This document shows, piece by piece, positions 55,549-64,000 of a DNA stretch of 64,000 bases; the stretch's first letter is position 1, and the number at the start of each line of letters is the position of its first letter. The translations under genes and the position numbers were made by a program. Under the pieces are notes generated by a model, which was not told the origin of the DNA, made no database searches, and saw nothing but the letters and a program-made list of their open reading frames with translations. Source of the DNA: Octopus sinensis (lineage: Eukaryota); NCBI RefSeq assembly GCF_006345805.1, contig NC_043011.1, forward strand, positions 62,694,464-62,758,463, written 5' to 3'.

Positions 55549-56051
55549 ATTTTAATTCTTCAGAAGATTAATTTAAATTCAATTTAGGGACACATATAAG
55601 GACAAGTACTTACGCAAGCAAACGTAGCCTATAGCGGACTGACGCACTGGGATAATTAATGCGAATCGAATCACGGTTTGTATACATAATGACGGTGAGC
55701 AGCTTGTAACCTAACATTCTCAGCATGGAATTTATTGCACAAGGGAATCATTCCATTCGCTAATCCTTTTAACAGATTAATTCTTTATATACTGAACGAA
55801 AATTATACAAATTCAAAATTGCTATTTTTTCTTAATTTCTGGTTTCTTGTTTTTTGTTTTCTTTTTGGAGACAGTTAAGGAACTATTTTTCTTAATAAGA
55901 TAAAACCGAAAAACGAAGACTAACGTAAGTTCACTGACGATATATAAATGTTGTCTCCGTAAGTTCAAATTCCTCACCGTCCGTCGTAGCCTGAATTTAG
56001 TAGTTGTTCCTGATACTGTCTCATTTGAAACGCTCCACGGAGATTTCTCTG

Positions 56052-56553
56052 TTCAAAGTAAAAATTCTGCCGAGGTCGACTTCGCCTTTCATCCTTTCGG
56101 GGTCGATAAATTGAGTACCAATTGCGTATTAAACGACTGCTCCCGCTCCCCAAATTTTCGGGCTTTGTGCCTAGAGTAGGTAAGAATATATAGGTTTTAG
56201 ATTAAGGCGGCGAGATGGCAGAATCGTTAACACGCCGGGCGAAATGCTAACCGGTTTTTCGTCTTCCGTTATGTCCTGAGCTCAAATTCCGCCGAGGTCG
56301 ACTTTGCCTTTCATCCTTTCAGGGTTGATTAAATAATCACCAGATACGCACTAGGTTCGATATAATCGACTTTATCTCTTTTCCTGTCCTTGTTTGTCCC
56401 CTCTGAATTCAAATTCCGTCGTCGAAGTTGACTTCGCCTTTCTTCATTTTGGGGTCGATAAATTAAACAGCAATTGATTACTAGGGTCGATATAATCGAC
56501 TTAACCCCTCCCCCAAAATATGAGGGCTTGTGCTTCCAGTAGAAAAGAATTTT
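56052..56553 (+). mobile_element. Three tandem SINE family C copies
   Basis: Three AAATTC..GAGGTCGACTT..GCCTTTC..GGGGTCGATAAAT blocks. Intact head GGCGGCGAGATGGCAGAATCGTT at 56206. Confidence 0.85.
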
Positions 56554-57347
56554 ATTGTTGTTGTTGTTGTTACTATTCGCTTTTTCATCACGTAGAAGTA
56601 CGTGAGTATTCACCATTATTTTATTTATTTTATCCTCATTTCGAAAAACTTTTGAGAATGACGAACCATGTTTGGACTTTAGTTGTACCTGACTCTTGCT
56701 CCACCATGTATAAGGTCACCGTATTCGAACGACGAAATTTATGAAAACATGTGACGATTTACCTAAGATACAAAACAGACAAATAGAACTAAAGAAAAGA
56801 AATCGAAAATAAAGAAAAGAAATCTTAAAGAAAAGAAATGCTAAATAAAGGGAAAAATAAATATACTTTTTAATGGTTTTCCAAAGTAACTTCGCAATAG
56901 TGATTGGTCGTTAATATTATAATAGTAAGTAACATAACAGAAAAACCTTCAGGCAAAGTACGCTGACGTTTCATTACACTGTATACAAGGCAAACGAGTC
57001 TATTTGCTACGGGTTGTTGGTTTCCTTCAATAGAGAGAAAATTGCTAATTATTTTGTATATAATACGAAACCATTCACATTCTCAGCGTCTCTATCTTCT
57101 TTGTATTATCTATTTTTTCTCTTGCGAACTTGTAGTTCCAGTGATGCTTATTGGCTGTAAGTAATATATTCACGCACACACACACACATACACACACACT
57201 CACACATTAATACGATTATTTATGTAGATATATATACATACACATATATATTATGTTTCTATGTACATTTAGTCTTACATATACACTCATATATACGCAT
57301 GCATACATACTTTTAATATAAATGTGTACATGTGTGTATGTATGTAC

Positions 57348-57421
<74 letters not shown>

Positions 57422-57452
57422 TTTATTTTAGCAGCAGAAAATTCAACAAAAT

Positions 57453-57490
57453 CTGTTACTCTTAGTTTCTCGTTGCCGTTCATCAGACAG
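57453..57490 (-). ncRNA. Minimal type I hammerhead ribozyme
   Basis: CTGT CTGATGA ACG GCAA CGA GAAA CTAAGA GTA ACAG. GNRA loop II, basal pair of stem II mismatched. Lies in an 85-bp island within (TA)n. Confidence 0.7.
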
Positions 57491-58019
57491 TTTTTGCTAG
57501 AAAAACTATATATATATATAATTATATATATATATGTGTGTAAATATATATGTTTGTACGTATGTCTATACCATTTCATTGTAATAACAATCAGGAAGAT
57601 ATCCAAAGGCAATCTGCACTGATGTTTTATTATTTTCTATACTCGCACACAGGATCGAATATAACACCTATTACTTTTTGGGCGATTCTCTGCAATTTGA
57701 GTTTCAATCCACCCGAGGTAAACTTTGACTTTGTTTCTAACAATCCGAGGCGGTTTATGTAATGCTCTCAGATTTGTTTCCCTTGTTACTTTTTGATGGG
57801 ATTGACATTATTTCCAAGCTGTATAGACCTATCCATGCATCAATACATCGATAGATTTTGCCATGCGCGGAGGAACTATGTCTGACAATCGTCGAGATCC
57901 ATCCCCTTTCAGCTATATTCGCAGGAATCTCCAGCCGGATCGTCGCTTTATGTAACTTAAGTATTAACATTCTCTACTTAATCAAAAAAATGTTTATTCT
58001 CGTGTTAGTGTTTAGTTAT

Positions 58020-59135
58020 GTACAACCCTTTAGAATGTTAACTGACCGTAACAGTGCAGGGAGACTACCAATTTGCTGTAGATGTCTCCAGAAGAGGCAC
58101 ATCAAAAAGAAGTGCCCCCAAAGCACGATAGAACCAGAAAAGGAGGAAGAAGTCCTCACTGAGCACGAGCGTGCAGCAGAGGTACTGGGAAAGAGATGAA
58201 ATACAGGCGAATTGGAGGAAGCGGACACGGAAGGAGGCTACACTCAGGTCGCCAGGAAGAGGGCTGTGGGTGACTCGCCCCCTAAATGTTTAAAGAAGAA
58301 GAAGAAGAAGAAGAAGAAGAAGAAGAAGAAAGAGGAGGAGGAGGAAGGAGAAGAAGAAGAAGATGAAGAAAAAGAAGAAGAAAGAGGAGGAGGAGGAAGG
58401 AGAAGAAGTAGACGAAGAAGAAGAAGAAGGAGAAGAAGAAGAAGAAGAAGAAAGAGGATGAGGAGGAAGGAGAAGAAGAAGAAGAAGAAGAAGAAGAAAG
58501 AGGAGGAGGAGGAAGGAGAAGAAGAAGTCGAAGAAGAAGAAGGAGAAGGAGAAGAAGAAGAAGAAAGAGGAGGAGGAGGAAGGAGAAGAAGAAGAAGAAG
58601 AAGAAGAAGAAGAAGAAGAAGAAGAAGAAGAAGAAGAAGAAGAACGCACAGCAAATAGAGGCAGCGACGGAAAGCAGGACACCACAGCCAGCATCTACCG
58701 GTGAGAGCAGAATGGAGACTCCAAGCGGGGAGACAATTGCAGAAGCTCAGACGAATGTGACTCGGGTGACGCTGATTGGAACTGAGAGAAAATGCATCAT
58801 TGGAGACATAGAAAGATACGAATTTAAAACAAATGCTTACTCCGGGAATGATATACAGTTTACAGAAGAGAAGGTAGGGTACAAATCCCTACCCCCGGTG
58901 ATAAAATATGCAGACTTAGATCCGTCAGTGATAGGCTGGATACAATAATTTAAACGATTAAATGAACTGAAAAGTGATTGCTTGAGGGTTGGGCTCAAGC
59001 GAGGGCGTCCATCTTCATTTCTATATATTCTCATTTTCATTGATCGTTTCATGCTTTATGTCCCCACATGGACTGTCTTGTCTTTTCTTGTGCCGTCCTC
59101 CCTGTGTTTTAGGCCTCGTCACCAATAAAGAGCAA
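58020..59135 (+). mobile_element. LINE ORF1-like remnant (zinc knuckle) with (GAA)n expansion and L1-like 3' UTR
   Basis: GRLPICCRCLQKRHIKKKCP (CX2CX4HX4C), then YTQVARKR, a charged tail and a T-rich UTR ending AATAAA. Confidence 0.55.
58293..58643. repeat. (GAA)/(GGA) polypurine tract with higher-order duplication
   Basis: The block GAAGAAAGAGGAGGAGGAGGAAGGAGAAGAAG recurs four times. Confidence 0.95.
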
Positions 59136-59200
59136 AACTCTTTTGAATGTATTTCCATCGAATTATTTCATCAGCATGGCAAATACTTTATATGATTTTG

Positions 59201-59632
59201 TACTCTCTCTCTTTTACTCTCTTTACTCACTTAATTGTTTCAGTCATTTGACTGCGGCGATGCTGGAGCACCGCCTTTAATCGAGCAACTCGACCCCGGG
59301 ACTTATTCTTTCGTAAGCCCAGTACTTATTATATCGGTCTCTTACGCCGAACCGCTAAGTAACGGGGACACAAACACACCAGCATCGGTTGTCAAGCAAT
59401 GCTAGGGGGACAAACACAGACACACAAACACACACACGCATATATATATATATATACATATATATATACGACGGGCTTCTTTCAGTTTCCATCTACCAAA
59501 TCCACTCACAAGGCTTTGGTCGGCCCGAGGCTATAGTAGAAGACACTAGCCCAAGTTGCCACGCAGTGGGACTGAACCCGGAACCATGTGGTTGGTAAAC
59601 AAGCTACTTACCTCACAGCCACTCCTGCGCCT
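59201..59632 (-). mobile_element. SINE family A, full length
   Basis: Near-identical reverse complement of 21964-22378. Confidence 0.9.
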
Positions 59633-59994
59633 ATATTGTATATTATTTTTTTTCAAAATATGGAAACAATTCTCCCGTTGTAATATCCTTGTCTGTACTT
59701 GCTGCTCCATGTGTATTATGGAGAGAGTTTCTTTAGTTCCATCCAGAAACACTTATTTCTGTTAAGGTTTCGTTAATTGCAGAGAAGCCATTCGTTTGTT
59801 GCTTAGAGGAAGCAATTACAGTAAGATTCTCCCATCGGCAAATACGCAAAGCACTCCAACCCCTTGTTTCGTTGTGTGCTTGTAACCGAAGATGGTGCAG
59901 TCTCGCTATTTTTAAAAATAATCATCTACAACATTAACTTAGAGTTCTTCATTTATTGACAGATGGCTCTTTCGCTGCGTTGCCGTCGCCTGTA

Positions 59995-60221
59995 CAGTAA
60001 TCCCTCGACTATCCCGACTGTAATGTTACAAAAACATGCGCAATAGGTGGAAATCCGCGAAGAAGAAACAGGACTGTACTATATATATATATAATTTTAT
60101 TCTTTCCATTATTTGTATGTATTCGTTTTGTTATAAATGCAAAACAACACCACAGAGGAATCGACGTAAGATTGAATAATAAACTGCGATAAGTGAACCG
60201 CGATATGGCGAGGGATTATTC
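59995..60221. mobile_element. Tigger/pogo-type MITE
   Basis: TA|CAGTAATCCCTCGACTATC ... GATATGGCGAGGGATTATTC|TA. Confidence 0.7.
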
Positions 60222-60990
60222 TATAATCTTTTAACCACAACTTCTAAACAAATTTAAGATTCTTCTTTTCTTCTTAACACTAGAAATTTTGCCGCGAGTT
60301 ATTCGGTTATGCATAAGAAATGCATTAGGAATGAAGTTAGAAGTGATGTTTTATTTTCGTTTATCGGTTCTGTTCAATGTAGGCCTTCGAATTAATGCTG
60401 GAAATACTTATACAAAAACAACGGTGGAGAGAAATCACCATTCACAGAACAGATAACCATTATACAAAATCCTTTCACAAATATGATGTAAACGTTCGTT
60501 GGTTTAGACAAATGAGTCAAGCTAAGTAATTCTCCAGACATCAGTTCATTTGCATAAGAAATCTATACTCATATATATCATATATATGCATGTATATGTA
60601 TGTATGTATGTATACATGTATGTATGTATGTATGTATGTATGTATGTATGTATGTATGTATGTATGTATGTATGTATGTATGCGTGTATGCATGTATGTG
60701 TGTATGAATGTATATATATATATATATATGCATTATCTATATACACACATCACACACACATATATGTATTAGGTTATTATTGTTTATAATAATATCAGTG
60801 GTTTAGCATGCTTAGGAACACCATAAATGTTAAAACTTATCAGTTTATAATGAAGGGCACTAACAGGCAGAACCGGCATGCTAAATATAGCAGTCAAAAT
60901 GACTAAACCACAAGGCTTCACTTAAACACACACTTTTGACTGCTATGTTTGCATGCTGGTAGTGCATGTTACTATCCATAATATTAATAT

Positions 60991-61024
<34 letters not shown>

Positions 61025-61028
<4 letters not shown>

Positions 61029-61610
61029 ATAAATATTAGGGAATAAATCCAAATTTACAGGGAAAAAATCAGATTTAGGATTAAATCGATTTTATAGTAA
61101 AATATTATAAAATATTATTCGAGACAAAACCACTATTTTGCAAAACAAACAAGGAAAGACTTAATCAATACATAAAATTTTAATAAATAGTCAAAAAAAC
61201 CGCCACTACAATCGTTTCTTGTCTTGATCGACAATCTTCAGGTGGACTTCCAATCTAAAAAATCAATATTTTAAAATATAAAAATAATAATTTTAAAATA
61301 ATTAAAGTATGAATGAAAAATATAAGTATATAATCCATATATAACCTATCTATAATCCATATATAAACAATATATAAACAATATATAAACTAAAGAAACC
61401 TCTCAACAATTAAATATAAAATATAAAATATAAAATATAAAATATAAAATATAAAATATAAAATATAAAACAAAACAAAAAAATAATAATAATATAATAA
61501 TAAACTATATATACACCCATACGCATATACCTAATTATATATAACCATATCTAACTACATACACTAAATCACACACCTATATATATATCCCTATACATAA
61601 TAATATTTTA
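61025..61610 (-). mobile_element. Penelope-like pseudo-LTR remnant
   Basis: Carries the canonical hammerhead, is AT-rich with (ATATAAA)n, and is bounded by (TA)n. Confidence 0.6.
61203..61245 (-). ncRNA. Canonical minimal type I hammerhead ribozyme
   Basis: CCAC CTGAAGA TTGTC GATCAA GACAA GAAA CGATT GTA GTGG. Stems I and II are perfect, the core is complete, and the cleavage triplet is GUA. Confidence 0.85.
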
Positions 61611-61642
61611 TATATATATATATATGTATGTATATATATATA

Positions 61643-61868
61643 CTCTTGTGTTTAGGGAGAGTCATTCTCTTTTAGTGACTATTGATAAGGATGCAAGACG
61701 CAACGAAAATTTTAGAAAATAAAAATAAGAAATAAGTGGAAATTTTACCGGTGAGTGTGTTAAATAATAAGAGACTAAAAGAGAATGACTTTCCCCAGAC
61801 ACAACAGAATATGCTTCAACACACGAACTCATATAAAGAATCTTGCAAACCAAATCCAAAAACGAAAT
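61643..61868 (+). mobile_element. Short Penelope-like terminal-repeat element with inverted arm
   Basis: 61647-61675 is inverted to 61774-61803; homologous to 19441-19638. Confidence 0.6.
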
Positions 61869-61878
61869 ATATATATAC

Positions 61879-61917
<39 letters not shown>

Positions 61918-61921
61918 CACA

Positions 61922-63450
61922 CTAGCAGTATCGCCCGGCGTTGCTCGGGTTTGTAAGGGAAATAACTATATAAGAATGTTTAGAGAGTTACTTCCCTTAT
62001 AGATACCAATTCGGGCTTTCTTAGCCATTTCTGTTTTGGTGTCTTCAAGCCATGCAGTCGTTGTTCTAAAAGAACGCTGGTCTCCTTGACAACGCTTTAC
62101 GACGTTGATTTCCTTACACTCCCTTCGCCACAGCTTCACGAGGGAGGGAAGAAGGGGGAAAAGCAACACAGCTGCAGGTGTGACCATGGACGCCAACTCC
62201 GCCGCCATCGACACACGAAAAATTATGCATTAAAATGGAATAAAAAATTATGTTAAATTATTTTTAAAATCGTAGACTCATCGCAGACGCGCGCTAATAC
62301 ACAGACGGACTTGATATGTATCACGACTATAAGATACCCGAATTTGGTTAAACTGCACCGCAAAATGTGGGAGTAGTTAGGAATCTAAATCGAAGGGGAC
62401 AGACACTCACACAACTACAGTTTTATATATATACTAGCAGTATCGCCCGGCGTTGCTCGGGTTTGTAAGGGAAATAACTATACAGCATTTTTAGAGAGTT
62501 ATAGCCAAAAGATAGCAAAAAAATTCCTTAAAAGTGGAAAAAATATGATGGTAAATTTTTTTTTAAATCGTTGACTCATCGTAGACATTTTTAGAGAGTT
62601 ACTTCCCTTTAAAAAAATATGGATGAAAATGGAAAATAATAATGGTAAATTACTTTTAAAATCGTAGACTCATTGTAGACAAGCGCTAATACCCAGAAGG
62701 GCTCGATATGAATCACGACTATAAGATACCAGGTTTTGGTTAAACTGCACCGCAAAATGTGGGAGTAGTTAGGAATCTAAATTGATGGGGACAGACACTC
62801 ACACAACTACAGTTTTATATATAAAGATATATATATATATATTAGAAGGTTTGGAGATGATGTACAGGTATTTTATATTAGAAGAAATGAGATACTCAGA
62901 AATTCGGATTGTTTTATATTTACAGATATTTATTTGTATATCACTTGTTTTTATACATCACTAGCAGTATCGCCCGGCGTTGCTCGGGTTTGTAAGGGAA
63001 ATAACTATATAAGCATTTTTAGAGAGTTACTTCCCTTATAAATTCGGGCTTTCTTAGCCATTTTTGTTTTGGTGTCTTCAAGCCATGAAGTCGTTGTTCT
63101 AAAAGAACGCTGGTTTCCTTCACAACGCATTACGACGTTGATTTCTTTACACTCCCTTCCCCACAGCTTCACGAGGGAGGGAAGGAGGAGAAGCAAACAG
63201 GTGCAGCTGTGAGCGTGGACGCCAACTCCGCCGCCATCGACACACGATGCATTTTATGCATTAAAATGGAATAAAAAATGATGTTAAATTATTTTTTAAA
63301 TCGTAGACTCATCGTTGACGCGCGCTAATAGTCAGACGGGCTCGATATGAATCACGACTATAAGATACCCGAATTTGGTTAAACTGCACCGCAAAATGTG
63401 GGAGGAGTTAGGAATCTAAATCGAAGGGGACAGACACTCACACAACTAGA

Positions 63451-63460
<10 letters not shown>
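61922..63460 (-). mobile_element. Three non-autonomous Helitron copies (61922-62432, 62434-62827, 62961-63460)
   Basis: Each ends (minus strand) in the hairpin CCCGAGCAACGCCGGG, about 8 nt, then CTAG|T. Copy 2 starts A|TC at 62827. No TSD. Confidence 0.88.
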
Positions 63461-63506
<46 letters not shown>

Positions 63507-63524
63507 ATATTCTTTTTCTTGTCT

Positions 63525-63880
63525 TTTTATACGGTCCAGAAAAATGGGGTCATGAGAGAGGCGGAGAGGAGGTGACTAGATGTTTAGAGTTATTAGATTA
63601 AGACAGGCAAGAGAATATATAAATGATAGGAAAGCTTGGAGAGTGTTTTTGGTGGGGCGTTGAGTGAATTTGACGTTGCTCAAAGAGGTACGGAACCAGC
63701 ATGATGAGGCGGAGGTAAATCAGCATATGCTGTCGGGCCTCGCTGCTGATATTAGGGGTTGCATTCTATGCCTTGATCCGACCATAGAACGGGGCTTGCG
63801 TCTTTGAACCGGGAGGTAAATCGAATGTCTGGTGTGTGTTTTGTTGTGGCTACCCCCTCCTAAAAAATGTGCAATTGGCC
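63525..63880 (+). mobile_element. Probable RTE-type LINE 3' remnant
   Basis: LRQAREYINDRKAWRVF resembles the RTE-type terminal A-x-DR-x-x-WR motif; UTR-like sequence follows. Confidence 0.4.
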
Positions 63881-64000
63881 TGGGTATATATATGAAAAAA
63901 TATATTTATATGTATATGTATCCGTTTACATGTGTATATGCATATGTGTTTGTTATGACCGACAGAAACTGACCATTGATTTCTCAACTATAAAGCGCTT

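Noticed and set aside
55560-57160. Possible enhancer/promoter motifs (CCAAT, TGACGT, TAAT clusters)
   Set aside because: Short motifs are expected by chance, and no conservation or expression data are available.
61922-63460. Repeated ACTAGCAGTATCGCCCGGCG.. resembling a CRISPR repeat
   Set aside because: Units are 400-500 bp and homologous throughout; these are Helitron termini in a eukaryotic context with no cas genes.

Overview
AT-rich eukaryotic non-coding DNA, saturated with microsatellites. It is most likely an octopus (cephalopod) intron or intergenic region; this is an inference from the SINE families and the repeat landscape. I could support no host exon, tRNA/rRNA gene or CRISPR array, and most listed ORFs are microsatellite artefacts. 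The window is a mosaic of mobile-element remnants: CR1, L1/Tx1, RTE and two Dong/R4 LINE pieces (both in TAA repeats), Penelope-like elements (PLEs), three Tc1/mariner fossils, a Tigger-type MITE, non-autonomous Helitrons and Helentrons, and three SINE families. The main hidden signal is a dispersed set of type I hammerhead ribozyme motifs in PLE-like termini, mostly next to (TA)n. One is canonical (61203-61245), one near-intact (57453-57490), and several keep the core spacing with a stem II extended to about 55-100 nt (26349-26434, 23430-23521, 50121-50246). Several PLE remnants show an inverted arm plus unpaired tail. Also notable: a possible ORF1-only LINE derivative, an RTE end with three C2H2 fingers, a MITE carrying telomeric repeats, and a 270-bp local copy inside a SINE. 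All translations and pairings were done by eye, and boundaries of degenerate elements are approximate.
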